From Marsupella aquatica (taxonomy: Eukaryota > Plantae > Marchantiophyta), in assembly GCA_973895155.1 (NCBI GenBank), contig OZ316895.1, forward strand, positions 24,309,538 to 24,373,537: DNA of 64,000 bases. Reading direction: 5' to 3'. The translations under genes were made by a program, and so were the position numbers. The notes under the pieces are model-generated. The model was not told the origin of the DNA and ran no database searches. It was given only the letters and a program-made list of their open reading frames with translations. Below are positions 14,290 through 33,764 of the stretch, piece by piece (the stretch's first letter is position 1; the number at the start of each line of letters is the position of its first letter).

Positions 14290-14474
14290 TATGGAAGCAA
14301 TGCTGAGGTCAATTCAATTTTTTGAAAAGCAAGCTGGATCTGCACATTACTTGATGTTTGCAAATCATCACAAACACGAATGTCTGCAAACTGTTTTAAA
14401 CACAAATTAGTGTGTATCACACTAATTTTGGTGTCACACTAATTGTTCACTCACACTAATTGAGATGGACAGTG
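14290..14474. mobile_element. Right end of a CACTG-terminated (CACTA-like) element with CACACTAATT subterminal repeats
   Basis: Ends ...CTAATTGAGATGGACAGTG. A related end ...CTAATTAAGGTGAACAGTG is at 20670. No matching left end was recognised. Confidence 0.45.
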
Positions 14475-15803
14475 ACTGTGCGTAGAATTACAATCAATAA
14501 GCCCCCTACTAAGCTCCTGATTTTTTAATTTTGGTTACAGAATTCATGCTGAGTGAATGCTTCAGACGACAAGTAAGACTCATTTAAAACAGATCCAACA
14601 ACTCAGGGACACTGCTGGAAGACCCTCGGTGGATAATATGTAGGCCTGGTTTTCCCGTCACCGCCAAGCCGTGTAAATCATCGATTGTCCGAACGAACAA
14701 TCAGGGGGCATGCACCATTGCTCTATCTGAAAGAAATGAAATAACGAACGGTTAAGAAGTTCCTCTGACTTTGAGAATTATCAGCACTGGTGATTTGTTC
14801 AAACCAACTGGACATGAAACATGAGTTTTCCTTTCTTTCCTTTTTCGGCCATAAACTTGAAACTTCTTGGATTGCTTGTCTGGACAGCCAGTCGTCTTGG
14901 TCGCTGATGTTTAGTGGGTGATCATGGATTTACGCGATCTCCTATTTTTGAGGAATTTTTGGGGGAGTGATTGAATTAATATGATCATGCATAATACTTC
15001 CTTCGCTACTGCTAATTTAACTCATCATTCTGCCAATCTCATTTCATGACAGAAATGAGATCAACCAAACGAAGGGCTCCGCCAACTAATAAATTAATTG
15101 CATATACGTCATACATCAACCAGTATAAACAGTGTCAGCAATGAATCAGCGTGTATCAACAGGAAAAAAAGGCTAGCTTAGAGTTATATCCCGACAAATG
15201 GACGTTCAAGATCCTGTTTACTGGCCATCAGGCAAAGTGGGAGAATCGGTACATCCCCGAGTACATCAATAGGTCTATAAGCACAATTTCCTGAGGAGAG
15301 ACCAGACCAGTCATTGTCAACCCCCATCAGGCTGATACAAAACTGACACCCCAGGCAAAAACGCATATTAAGAAGTGTTCGGTGCCAGGCAAGGTGATTG
15401 ATCTCAGGTGATTGGTTGAAATGCCCTCTACTCTATTAAAGGCCGACCAGATGTTACATAGCCCCAAGCTGAATGTCCAGGAGAATGACAAATAACAGGA
15501 ATTTGGGTTGAGGAGAGGAGCCTAATAATCAGACCGTTCTAATTAAGAATGCAAGTCAAAGAGCAATTTCTCGAGCGTCTATGCCCCGACTTGAATTGCT
15601 GGTTAGCTTCAACGTTGCTTTTCACAAATTACGAGGCTTATCACCTAAGACTGAAACCCTAAGACCTGAATTGGACGACCACATAAAGACGTTTGTGTCA
15701 ACAGTAGCTAGCTTCCGATTGCAATTCAAGATGTCGGTACTTCAAGTTCATACGAGGGAACCTGTTACCACTAGACCTTTTGCCTGTGGAATTATCGGAA
15801 GCC

Positions 15804-15846
15804 AATTTGTGCCGAATTTGTGCCGAATTTGTGCCGAATTTGTGCC
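15804..15846. repeat. Minisatellite, 11 bp x 4
   Basis: (AATTTGTGCCG)4. Confidence 0.95.
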
Positions 15847-17062
15847 AATCGACGACAACCACGGTATTGGTTTGCTGTTCGGTCAAATCGCGCCCGCCAC
15901 TTCGTAAGGGATCCGTGCATTCCTTGCTGTTTTTTGTTTTCTCTCTTCTCTTCGTCTCTCTTTGCTATTTCAGAGGTACTAGCTTGAGTGAGAGTCACCT
16001 TGCCCACAATCCCAGTTTTCCACTCCCACCCACAATTTTAGTTAGGCACCCAGAGAGTCACCATCTGGAGGCTTCATTCTAGACAATGGGCCCTGAAGAG
16101 TAGCTTTGAATGTGATTATTTAATTAAATTTTTTCTCAATCTGTTGCTCTTGAGAATTGTGTTCTCAGAGTCTTCCTAACTTAAAATGCTCTTTGAAAAT
16201 TGTGTACTCGATCTTTGAGAATAGAGTGCTCTGTCATCTGTTACTTGAAATTTTCTGACCACGTGCCTCTCCTCCCAGTTCCTTTGTGTTTCTCCTTTAT
16301 GGAACAATTTAGAAAGGGATAGATACGACAAAGGGATAAATAACATTTGCGTCTCATAAAGCTGTTCCCCAACTTGGGAACAACTGTGTGTGTAAGTTCT
16401 TTAGTTCTGTCAAGAAAAGCTACCACTAGACATTCTCTTTTTTCAGTCCACAAGCAAAGCACCAACTGGACACAGTTCTGTAACTTACAATAGAGTGGTC
16501 CCAAGGTCAGTCTCTAGGAAAACATCACCCTGGCAAGGTGTCAAGTTGTTTGAAAGTCTCTAGGAGAAATCACCCCAAAGTGCAAAGTTGTTTTGACAGT
16601 CTACAGGAGAAGTCACCCCAAGTGCAAAGTTTGAGCTCCTGAAATCCCATCATTGTTGCATGTCGAGGCGCATAACAAGAGTATGGTTAATTTGGTCATG
16701 GGACAGTTGCATCTCTGGGTAAGGGTTCCTACCACAGTGCTTGTGGACACTGCATCATTCCATGGTGCGGTTCAAAAATTTAGGAATTCTCAATCGCCCT
16801 GAATGTGGCAAAGTCTGAATTTTCTACCCTTGCCACTTAGAAATCTCCACAATGTGTTGGCAAGAAGCATATTGCTGGGAGTTTTGGAGATTGGAATGGA
16901 TAGAATCTCAATGTTGGCAAGAAGCAGATAAATCACGCAAAGCATTTGATGTTCCACTCCCAGCAATATGTGCTTCTTGCCAACATTGAGATTTACTACA
17001 GTGTCACTCCCTTTTGTCACCTTATTCACTTTGCCGCTATTTTTAGTTTAATTACTATTTTG

Positions 17063-17183
17063 CCACTATTTTCCACCACTGGTTAAGTAAAGAGACTCCA
17101 CAAAACTCAGGGTGATCCTACGGCACTATTTTCCACCACTGATTTAAGTAAAGAGACTCCGGAAAACTCAGAGTGATCCTAAG
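17063..17183. repeat. Tandem duplication, ~60 bp x 2
   Basis: CACTATTTTCCACCACTG.TTAAGTAAAGAGACTCC..AAAACTCAG.GTGATCCTA twice. Confidence 0.9.
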
Positions 17184-17849
17184 GTACCATCAACATCCTC
17201 AACACGCTCGCTCACCCTCAACAAGGGTTCTAGGGTGAAACCTGGTTGGATGTTGACCGTTTAATTGTTTCAAGTTACTTAATTTACTTGACTAATAGTG
17301 GAATTAAAGATGGCACAACAGTAATGAAAGTGAAAAGAGTGACAATGTAATAAATCTCGCCTTGTCAAAATGGTCTATTGTGTTTACAATTTTATTTTCT
17401 AGATTTCTTAATAAATACAGGAAGGCCCCTATAGAAATAACGGATTGACAAGGTTGCTAGGATGAACTCACAGAACCCTTACAAACACAAACCAAACACT
17501 AAATGATTATTTACGTAGTTGGCCTGCTCTGTTCGCCCTTCCTGTGGGGTTTATCGCAGGGGACACAAAAATTTATATACAAACCTATACAAACACTGTC
17601 TATTAACCTTTTCTTCAAAGTCTCTACACTTCCTTAGTTTGCTACCCTAAGGTTTGAGTGCGTCCATATAAGTCTCCATAACCAACCTTTCAAGTGTCAA
17701 TGGGGACTTTTCTTTCAGATTTAATTTCAAACTTGTTTTTAAACTTAATAGCTAAGGACTTTTCTTTAAGATTGCTTACCAAGATGAATGCAAAAAACAC
17801 AAAATGAGTTGACAGGGCATCAAGTCCAGTGCTGTACGTGGACTGCCAA

Positions 17850-18170
17850 TAGAAAATCTGGGTTGCAAGTGCCAACAGGTTTGATAGGGGATTGGGAGTG
17901 CCACATGAAAACAAAATAGGGGGTTGCAGTAGGGTGACTCCAAGCACCCCAATAACAGAGATTTCATTCCTTCACGTAAGCTTAGACACCTATATACTCT
18001 GGGCTAAACTGCTAACAGAAAATCTGGATCTGAAACTTTGGCCTGCAAGTGCCAAAAGCTGTAGTTAAGATGTCCCTGGAAGGTTCCACATGAAAGCAAC
18101 GTAGGTGATTCTAGTAGGGGTGAGTACACGCATCCCAATACTTGGAGAGAGATTCCATTCCTTCACATCA
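17850..18170. repeat. Diverged direct repeat, ~180 bp x 2
   Basis: AGAAAATCTGG...TGCAAGTGCCAA...CCACATGAAA...AGTAGGG...CCCAATA...CATTCCTTCAC twice. Confidence 0.7.
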
Positions 18171-20499
18171 CAACATAGTTGCAAAAAATTGTGGAACCAC
18201 AATTATTGACAAGGGAGATTCTCCTGGAAATAAATATATGTCCAGGTGCTATATATAATTGTAGATTTTGTCTTTCATCTGGCTTGCTTTATCATTGGCT
18301 AGCACAAACCATGCCATAGGCTTCCTCGGTTCCGTCCAATTGAGATAATGCCTCCCCTAGGTAATTGCCAAACTATCCTGTTTTATTTAACAGTAGGTGA
18401 AGGCTGTAGCAATACATTTACACATTTCTCACATATAGTGCTTTCAAGTTTCAATGATTCCTCATCATTTCCCATACTGAATGGGTGATTTCAGTTGATT
18501 TAAAACACTCAATGCCATGAAGGAAACAATCTGTCAATATACCTCTCGCCCAAAGTAAGCCTTCCTCTTACTAATTTTTCATTTTATTTATTTCAATATT
18601 TAAACCATTTTATCTATATCTGTGTGGGGCTGATGGTGGTGTGGTGTGATCTTGAGCTTTGACTTCCTAGATTTTCAGTGGTGCAACCAGGTTGTAACAA
18701 AGTGGCTTTATTGCACGGTGACAATATTCTTTCTAAAGCTATATGTGACTATGAAGTATAGGTATTGGCATGCCATGTGAAGAGTTTGACGAGATGATAA
18801 CAATATTGAGAAATGAGGAATGAAAGTACCTTATATGGTGAATACACCTTTCACATTTTGTCTTATTCAGATTTTTGATGTCATATATTTTTATTTCAAT
18901 GTGCCTTATCAAGAGGCACCCTGTATATAATATACATTTTTAATTAATTTATGGACTCGTTTAATTTAAATTTAATTTAATTTATGGACCTTTAATTTTT
19001 AGGATTCTAAAGTATTTTGAACTTATTTTGGCAATTCCCTTATAAATTTTAATGTTTGTGATTTATTAAAGATGAAATGAACAGCTCCACCATTTGAACA
19101 TTTTCATGAATCAGAGAAATGATTATGATTGTATCTTAAGTTCCCCTCATGTCTTTCTTTCCTAAGTTTATGATTTTATTAAAATGAGTGTCATTCATGA
19201 GTACATTGAATTAAGTGCACACATTGTAGCATCCTTGATTGTACTTTTCATTGGTCACTATGCACCAATCATTCTAGTTATGTTCTCATATTTTATTTGC
19301 TTGCAAATATTACAAGACAAAAACTCAAGCATGTTCCCGGACAAGCATGTTATGTTCCGTGCTCTCAATCAGGTGCACCCTTTGTGTCACTAACATAAGT
19401 TGTATTTTCACCAGTAATAATAGTGGGTTTCTCTTTGCAGGGTCGAGGCTTTGTGCATGGTTTCGCGTCCTTTGTTTGAAAAACAAACAAACAGTGTAAA
19501 ATAAACAAAGAAATGTGGGTAAGAAACACAAGAATTTAGAGTCCCTTTAGCAATCAGAACATTTTTATATAAAGTGTTGCTAGCATATAATTGTGGGTTG
19601 ATATGGTTCCTTTCTCTCTATTTTCCTTCACACAAATATGTTGAATGCAATGCATATATTGGCAAGGATATAACATGTTGAAATTGTCTTTTGCCCCTTT
19701 CCAATTTTGGCCCAGAGTCACAATCAAAGGGCTTCACTCTAGACCGTAGTCTCTTATACTAACATTTGATTGTGCATTATTAGATATTTCTTGAAACCTT
19801 AGATTCCATTCACATCTCACAACATTTGACAATACTCGAATGGAGCGTCGAAAGCTACATGGAAGGTCTTGAAAGATTAGCTTTCTTTATCGAAACCCTT
19901 CCCTTTGCATAAAACCTCACATTTTTTGGGTGACAGAAAGTTCTGGTCCATCGAGTCCTTTCTGGTCAAACGTGGTGGCCCATCCAAGTCTCAACTTAAA
20001 TATTTCTTTGATTCCATTTTTTCGTTATATTAAAATCAAATCAAAATTGTGTATGTCCCCCACAGCTTTTGAGCTTATAAAGTTCGCTTAAACTTCCAAA
20101 AATGACACCATCAGATGAGGTCATGAGGAATTATTTCTAAACAAGGGGCCACTATCTGGGCTCTTAGATCTTTTCAGAAAAAGATCCAATTCGAAAGCAA
20201 GTGTCAGCCGAAAAAGCACAGAAAAGCGAGGAAAGCACCATATTAAAGTGAAGAGAAAAAAAGAACTGGAAGAGCATTTTCAGAGTCACTCATGATATTT
20301 CCTACCTTCTTATGGTTGGCTACACTGTTCAGCCTGGTTAGTGTTATGTAAGAATTAGGATTACTGCCACATTAGCCGTCTTGAGTCCAAAGTAACAAGA
20401 CTTCTTGGCAGTTTTTATAATAGTTTTTCACTTATCTAATGTGCAGCTAGTAAAAATGGGTGAGCATGAGTTCAAAGTACGTAGCACTCATTATTATGG

Positions 20500-20670
20500 A
20501 ATTTTCAAAATAAGTTTTTCTCCACTGTGTTTCCAATATTGAAAGCAAATTAACACTAATTCATGGGCATGTAACGAGTGTTATAACACATTAGAGTAAC
20601 ACTGATTCACGGGTTTAGCCCAAAATTATTCTTGAATTAGTGTGAGTACTACTAATTAAGGTGAACAGTG
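20500..20670. mobile_element. Right end of a CACTG-terminated element, related to 14290-14474
   Basis: AACACTAATT/AATTAGTGTG subterminal motifs and the terminal ACAGTG. Confidence 0.45.
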
Positions 20671-21302
20671 TAGGTGTATGTTAGAAAAACTATTAACTGT
20701 TACTCATGTTTATGTATCTGAAACTTAGGTTTGTGTACATTCAGGGACAATTCCTCATTTTGCATCTGACTTACATTTTTTTCCTCCAATTTGTTTTAAA
20801 AAAATATTTTAAAATAAAAGTGACAAAGCGCGATATGTATTTGAAAAAGCCCCACGGCGAAAACCAGCAAGGAAGAGAAAAACAAGCCCAAGGGGACACA
20901 GCAAACACCAACATCCCAAGGCAGAGCCACCACATGCCGCAGCGGGGCAGCACGCAATCAGGCCTCAGGGCAAAAATAGCAGACCTGGCCGCAAATGGGT
21001 CAGAATCAACCACCGGTGCTCCGGCAGACAGTGATACCAAACTCGAAACCAAAAGGCCAGATACAAAGTCCTACAACACCAGATGCCGTGAAGTCAATCA
21101 CTCACAAAACAAAATAACTCAGAAAACTTTAGAGCCAGAGTGTTGAGAGGAGCATAGAGCCACTTGAGAAGTCAGAATCTCATACACCCTACTGTAGTTA
21201 CTCCAATAGTGCATCACGTAGCATCTGACTTACTTTTGTACAGATTTGTTGGTCCTTAGGGGTTTTGTTGGCCCTTAGGGATTTTGTTTATCAAAGTTAA
21301 TA

Positions 21303-21470
21303 GGGCATCTCAAATCTCTAGGTTTTGGCTCTGGTCACGGTCACACATTTTCCCAGAAGTAAAGTGAAGGACTCACAAAATCTTGCCCTGCCACTTGTGA
21401 CGGATCTAAGTCCATAAATCACACTTGCTGGCTTTGGATCTTTCTATGGCACTTCAGATTTGAGACACCC
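21303..21470. mobile_element. Tourist/PIF-like MITE
   Basis: TIRs GGGCATCTCAAATCT / AGATTTGAGACACCC with T/A-rich 3-bp flanks. Same TIR as 52188-52559. Confidence 0.6.
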
Positions 21471-21989
21471 TAATAAATGAGGTTTTCCCAGGATCCAAAT
21501 GTCTCACCCTGGTTGTACGAGGTTTGGTGAAAACCTTAGGTTAATTTACAAAACCCATCAAATTTACAAAGGGAGCCAAGTGTGAAATCATGGAAACCGT
21601 GATCCTTGGAGTCCAATAAAATCATCTTTAATGATCTTTTGTCAGTGTCAGATGTGGTGAGAGATATGCTGAATAGGCCCCAGGCATACTCAAAACCATT
21701 TGATCAATCCCCCTTTGAAACTTTTCTGCCCCTGTAAACCCCCTCTTAATGCTCAGCCATACACTTTGTTCTTGTTTAAGTCCTGGCTTCTAAAGCGATC
21801 ATCTGTATTTAGGGGCTTAGTCCCTACAGGACCTAACTTGTCAATAGTGAGTACATGCCTCTACCAAAAACTTTGCTCAATTTCATCACAGACTGTGCTC
21901 AATCAAACTGCCAGACCTGAATGGGGCTGGTCCTTGTTGGTGACATTGTTGCGACACAGCATTCTTTTTTGTGCCATCTTGACGACAAG

Positions 21990-22250
21990 GTTAGGGTTAT
22001 TACAATGTAATGACATTTATATGATTGAATGTCTTCCCTCTGTAAACTTTATATCAAACTGCCAAAGAGCAGGAGGCGCAGAACCGGGAGACAGGATCCC
22101 ACAGGCCAAAAAACCCAATCAAGGGAAAACAAGAAAAAAGGCCAAAAGGCCAAAGAGCAAAAACAAAAAAAACCAGGCACAAGCCCAGCCCAAGGAGAAC
22201 AAAGGACACACAAACCTAAAGGCTACCCAACGGCACAGGTGTAAACTGTA
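21990..22250 (-). mobile_element. Possible retroposon (LINE-like) 3' fragment; related segments at about 20815-21100 and (inverted) 55260-55500
   Basis: Shared A-rich motifs (GGGAGACAGGATCCC, AATCAAG, AGCCCAAGG) among the three loci. No RT ORF is visible. Confidence 0.35.
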
Positions 22251-22421
22251 TTGATTTCTTTGTTTTGGCTCCCACCAGGTTGCTTCAAGACTCAAGCCTT
22301 TACAGGTGTTCCTGCGTTTGGTGGGGATTCTGCCAAGAGTTCTGTCACATTCAAATGTACAGTAAAGCAAGGTACTGTCGCACTAGCACATGGAATGTAT
22401 AAACTAGGAAGACCTGAAGAT

Positions 22422-22670
22422 CGACAATGTCCAGAAGGTGTTCCCAATGGTGCCATGTTTGCAAAACTGCTCCCAGCCATATAAATGCCAAGTGTGACCT
22501 GAAGACAATATCCACAAGGTCTTCCTGAACCACCAATGTTGGCCATTTGCCCCCACCCAAACAGCACCATGTTTGCAAAAACTACTCTTAGCCAAAAACA
22601 AATGTCAGGTGCGACTTTAAGACAATGTCCACAGTGTCTTTCCAAGCCACCTGTGTTAGACATTTGCAAT
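22422..22670. repeat. Imperfect tandem repeat, about 2.5 units
   Basis: Recurring GACAAT(G/A)TCCA and CCATGTTTGCAAAA blocks. Confidence 0.65.
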
Positions 22671-24789
22671 ATTACAACAAAGAAGGCATTTACATGAATG
22701 TCTTTACATGCTATTACCATAATCTCATGGTTCAAACAGTGCTGAAATGAGCGGCTTGACCCAGTTTACAATGACGAGGAGTACCACTGTGCATGCCATG
22801 CAGTTCAACTGGGTATAGTCACTGCGAAATTGAGCAGGGTTTGTGGATTAAAGTCATAGTCACTACTTACCCAGTTTGGTCCTTCTAACCCAGAATCTCA
22901 CTTTATAATTTAACTTTTGGACCAACATATTGTACTACTTATTGAGAGGGGGTCTTTTTTGGGGCAAAGTTTCAAGGGGTTCATCAAGCACATTTTTCTA
23001 GGTAGGGGGTCTAGTAAGCATATCTTTAGTCAAATGTGTAAAATAATGGACATAGGAGCCAAACTTCATGTAAACAAAAAAAAACCAAAACAAAAAACCC
23101 AAAACAAAAATCCTAATATCAATAACCATACCTGAAAGATAGGCGCACTTCATAATTGACATCTTTCCCTTCCAGAATCCACTGCAGATTTCCCAATCTG
23201 AGATTCCCTCCCACAGGCCACGCGGCACTTATCGAACGGAAGTTCTAGGATTCCAGGAATCCAACGTCCTGCATTGCCGGGACTCTTGTCGTGTGGGACC
23301 CACTTCCTTTAAGGGTATGCCTTGGGAACCTTTACTAGACTCTAAATAAAGGCAAAGGTGAATTGTGGCTGAGAATGTTTGAGATAATAATTGCAAGGCT
23401 AGACGAGCTGCTTTCTAATAGTAGGCCGTGTCTAGAAAAACTGTTATGGGCGTGGAATATGCACATGTGTGTTTTGTGACCACCAAACTTTCACGTTAGT
23501 TGGACGATTGTTTTTAATAAGTATTATATGGTGTCTAAAAAACACATTAAATAGTTTCTTTCTTTCATTTTTCATGGAGGTTGATGATTGTCTGCCTTGC
23601 ATTTTACTCGTGATATGGTCATCACTTCATCGCATATTTGAGTTCCATTACCTTCATTTCAGGAGTTTTTTTCACTTGATTATGTTTATCTTCAGGAAAC
23701 CTTGCAAGCATATGCACCCTTTCACCTGATCTAACACTTGGCAAAGGAACTTATAGTGGAGACTGTGGAATACCACTGTCAGAGTCTCACACCATGGTAT
23801 GAGATGATGTAACATGGCCTATATTGTGATGGTCGACCCTTGTGTCAAGACATCATCAGGCAAGCAACTCCAACAAGTAGGGAACCAAGCAGCACATGGG
23901 CGACAACAACAAAAGAGGAGAAATATTCAGCACAAGCATCATCAAACACTTTCTTCCCCTTTGATATTGAGATATTTGGGGGACCTCCATTATTAGTTGG
24001 TGTGATCCTTTGATAGACAACTCAAGAAATTCATGCATGGGCTGCTTCCATTGGACAACAACCACTATCCACTTTATTGATGCACTTCCATCAGTGGATT
24101 GTGGCAACGGTCCAGCCTGCTCAAGCCCAAGCAATACATCATAGATCTATAGTAATGGATACTAGTGAATCCAACATGACTTGCCTCCCTAGACTACACC
24201 CAGGCATGTCCCACAAAATTGGAGCTCTTGATATGCGCCACAAAATCATCACACCATTGCTATGATAGATTTTTCAATTTACATTCTTCATGGTTTTTGG
24301 GATTTGCTTTAATTGCCATTTTCTTGAGGTTGTGTTGAAGCTCTCTGGGCCTATTTAATTTGCTTTTACTCCAATGTACTTTTTGGAACCCTTTGCACTA
24401 AGTGAGTGTTTAGTAAATTGGTTCATAATCTCTTTGAGTACATTAAAGGACTGAATTTACATTCTGGTTGCAATATAGTCTTTTCTGGGATTGAATTATT
24501 CATATTTACCCTCCTCAAGCATATGGATTGCAAATTTGGCATAGTCTTTTTTAATTCCCAAAAGTAGAATTCAAAAAAGCACATTTTGGGAGTATGGAGG
24601 CTCATCAATGCCAGGGTACCTAGTATGTACAGGTATAATAGGCAGGGGTCTACATTTTGCATGGATTAAAAGGTTGGCTATAATATATATTTTGAACTTT
24701 TTTCTGAGTCACATGTAAAAGTTTGTTTTTCTTCTTTTTCCACATAAGATCAAACAAATTCATAACTTGCTGTCACTTTTATCTTTAAT

Positions 24790-25053
24790 TTTTTAGAATT
24801 TCAATAAAATTCCTAAAAATTTGGCTAGTTTGGTTACAAGACCCTTGTCAGTATTAAAAAATCCATGTACTGTGGTTTTTAATCAAGTTTTTTCACATCA
24901 AAACATGTTCAAGTTTTTTGTAAAGTCACTATTCCTTTAGTTGAAGGCACAATAGCTTAGTAGACCAAAATGAAATCTAGCATGTCAATTGGATATAAGG
25001 CCTTATAAGGTATTACAAACTTGTTGTAGAAAAAGGAGAGTTGCATAACCGGG
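24790..25053 (-). mobile_element. DNA-transposon-like terminal segment, homolog of 5494-5770
   Basis: Reverse complement aligns by eye with 5494-5770 over about 260 bp. Confidence 0.55.
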
Positions 25054-27631
25054 AATAAATACTGTACACTTTTGCTACTCCAGCGAGGAGCAGTAGGAAG
25101 GGGGAGAGAGGCAGGTTAACCTGCAACCAATGGGGACTGGCCATGGGGTAGCACGAAGTCCTAAGCCAATCACATGGAGGCTGTGTTACATAGGTTGAGT
25201 TCATGCTAACCCACATACAAAAGGGGTTATAGTTGGTTTCTCTCGTAATAACTCCCTCACCATACATTTCAATTACACTGTTTTGTTAACTGAATTTCAG
25301 GATAATGATCTCTACTGAATCTCAGTAGTGGCCAGGAGGAATAAATAAATAAATTTCTCGGATTGTAGAGTTGAAAGACGAGTGGTTGAAATTGCGAGGT
25401 TGATACAAAAAGTTCCACTAGCTAACCTCAACCAATCAGAACGTATATAGAGTTTAATTTTATTGAGCGCTTTATGGTATGGGACGGACACCCAATTATG
25501 TGTGGGTCAGCACTCACTACACTCAAGAATAGGGTGAGTAGTCGAGTGTAGACTGTCCTATCACGTGATGGGACTCCCATTGAATAAATGGAGAACGAAG
25601 GAGCAACCACCAACCTGTATCCTCCCTCACACAGTGAAATTGAAGAACTTTCTGAATGTACGTGGTTCCAGATGGGCAGGCTCCAGCTTTCATGTCGCCC
25701 ACCATGCTGAGGACTGCAGTGTGCAGTCGGATTTGAATGGGCCCAATTGTCCATCGTAGCCCACAACGTAAATCCTCAAGTTCTGTGCACAATGTGCTTC
25801 TGGACAGTACTTTTTCCACACTTTTCTTCCCTCACGGATCCAGGTTTCAGCTCTAGCTTTCCCAACAAGAAACCCTTTTGCCTGCCTGCTCCAACCCTTT
25901 ATATAGAGTCCAGACTCCAGACCTCCCTTCACTCGGCTGGCTCCTAGCTACCCCATTCAGAAATCTTAATTACTGTTTAAACAAGTAAAGATCCCTACGG
26001 TCAATGCCAAGCCAGCAGTCGGTGACTCGGTGTGAACCATTACTCTTTGCCCCATGTGCTTTTGATTGCCCCCACCAAGGCTGAGTGTCCACGAGGACGC
26101 CGATGACTCGACGATTGCTAGTGGAGTAGTGGTTCTAGACTTATCTAGACCCGGTTGGAAAAGTTCATACATGATTCGCCCTTCCCCCGTAAATATTGGA
26201 ATGAGGATCTCAGCAGCTCCCTTTCTGCAGTACGTGCCTTTTCCATGGCAAAGCTGCATAGCTGGCTTCGTCTGCGGGCCCTCAGATGCGAGGTTGTCGT
26301 TAGAAGCGTGTACCGTGTACCTAGAATGTTGTATAGATTCCTCCGTGTTACATTGTGACCGATCCGGGAAGAAAATAACAGCAGACTTTACTAACAAAAC
26401 AAAAGAAAGTACCCAAAAAGAGTCCAGATGAGACGACTTAGAGTCAGAACAAAGCTTCATGTCTTCATTAATGGTTGCGTAGAGGTTCGTTTGTACGTGA
26501 ATGCTACTTTGCCGTGGGTTAGAAGTCCAACGAGGCGCACCGTACCTCTGGAGAATGGCTTCCAATTCCCAAACCAGCTCAGAACAATTGTAACGAGATT
26601 GAGATCAGTTTCGGAATTGACTTTTGGATTGAAAGTATTGTGTGGGAGAGGACTCTTGAACACACCTTCGAACGACAGACATACTAATTATAAGCGTAGA
26701 GAGAGCGAGACTGGTGAGCTTGGGTTCCTGTCGTCGAAGTCGAAATTAGATCCAAAGTAATTATAGGTGCTTGGCACTTTCCCCCAATCTACTCCCAACC
26801 TCTTGTTCTTCTTTTCGAAGGGGATGGGACGGGAGTGACCTCGATCCATGAGGTAGTAGGGTAGCTCTCGCAGGCACATCACATGCAATCCCATGCAGGT
26901 TGGGGGGCACTACTGAGTTGTGACGAAACGCACAACTGCACCGGCCTCGCTCCACAAGTCCTCATCATCGATCCTTTCTCTCTGTCGAAGCCCTCGCTTT
27001 CTAGGTGAACGTCTCGCATTCCCGTAGGGCCCGCCGACAGCTAAACCCAGTGTTGATCGGTCTGTCGCTCACTCGCTCTCCGCCTTTCCACCGAGAGTCA
27101 AGCGTCTGTAGCCCTCGTCCAGTGGTCGCCAGAGAGTGGCCCTCGGATAGTTTATTTTTGGCACGGGAACTTAACAGCTCCGCGCAGCACGGTGTGCCCT
27201 GTGTCCAATTTAATCTGATCGGAAGAGCCAGTACGTGCGCACGGATGTTGCGGATTCAGTGGCATGACTTGTAGAGTTTGTAGGGATGCCTAATTCATTC
27301 AATATGATAACACGCAATGAGTGACAAGAAATCTCTCTAGCTCCCCGTCTCGTCACAGGAAGGGAGGGCGGGGACGAATCGCAGTTATCGGCAATTGAGG
27401 ACGATTAGGATCGAAGAAGATGTTGATTGATTGCAGATGTTGCAATTGACGTGACGTTGTTGTGGTCAAGTTAGTCCTGTATGACTCCGGGCAGCAACGT
27501 TGACAAAGTTTCGACAGCACACTCGGACACTCGGGCCAGATCGCCACTTGGCTTGCGGGGGCCTAGTAGACAGCTATATTCATTTGACATTTGGGAGCCG
27601 AGATTGAGCGTCGTTGAATAGGATAAAACCG

Positions 27632-32922
<5,291 letters not shown>

Positions 32923-33764
32923 CGAGTGCACCGTATTATATGAAGGTGTCTATTCCTGCCTGGCCAGACGCTCATAGCCAGCCGGGAGTGTAAGTCTAAG
33001 CCGTTAGTTTAGCTTCTGTGAAATATTTTTTGATAGAATTGTCATTATGTTGAAACAACGATCGACGGGATACTAATCTGACCTCAAGTAGTTAAGACTC
33101 TCATTCATTACTCCCAACTTCCTTCTTCTTCCGTAGCAGTATAGCTTCTTGCAGTGGAGTCCATCGAGTACAGAATAGAATAAACTCAACACCGGTCTTT
33201 GGATCACCGGATCCCCTTTCGCAAAGCATTGGGTAATAATTAAGAGAAGTCCAAGTAAGGCCACGTCAATAAGGTACATGTGACGTTTTGTACAGTCATA
33301 TTCTTTCGCCAAGCCGTGATGAAGCTAGTCCGGGCAACCTCAAAAGCTCCTGATCGAGGTGCGTCATCGTTTTCCCGGTTGTTAATTGATGAGGGCACTC
33401 CAGCGAAACTGCTCCAGCAGCCAAATGACAGTGCACGTTTTCTGTCTCTGACCGTTCTTCACTGGAGGGCAGCAGTCTAGAAGACTTTTTACAAACGTGC
33501 CTTTCCTTGATGCTGCCTTTTGCATGCGTGTCTTACTGGGCACTACAGTCGGTGGAAAGAAATTTCAAAACAGGTGCAGGCGTGTGGGAAGAACTTTCAA
33601 AATAGGTCTGGCCAGTTTGAAGAGTTTTCAATTAAAGTTTTACTCCCCCGTTTGAAGACTACTAGTGAATGTTAAACGCTCGAAACTGCTAGTGAATGTT
33701 AAACGCTCTGATGAAGGAGTTGTTATTTTCATCATGCAGGTCGGGCTGATTCAATTGGGCTTCC

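Noticed and set aside
13863-14420. 185-aa ORF
   Set aside because: Non-ATG start inside transposon subterminal repeats, with no recognisable domain.
3799-19752. Inward-facing TIR-like motifs (TCTAGAGTGAAGCC) bracketing peroxidase 1 as a giant Pack element
   Set aside because: The ends are diverged, 16 kb apart and without a convincing shared TSD. More simply, they are ends of two separate family members.
20706-22254. 146-aa and 184-aa K/Q-rich ORFs
   Set aside because: They arise from A-rich repeat-derived sequence found at several loci and show no coding signature.
5494-25053. Inverted homologous ends as one 19.5-kb transposon
   Set aside because: The copies are clearly diverged and the flanks do not form a TSD. 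Treated as independent relics.
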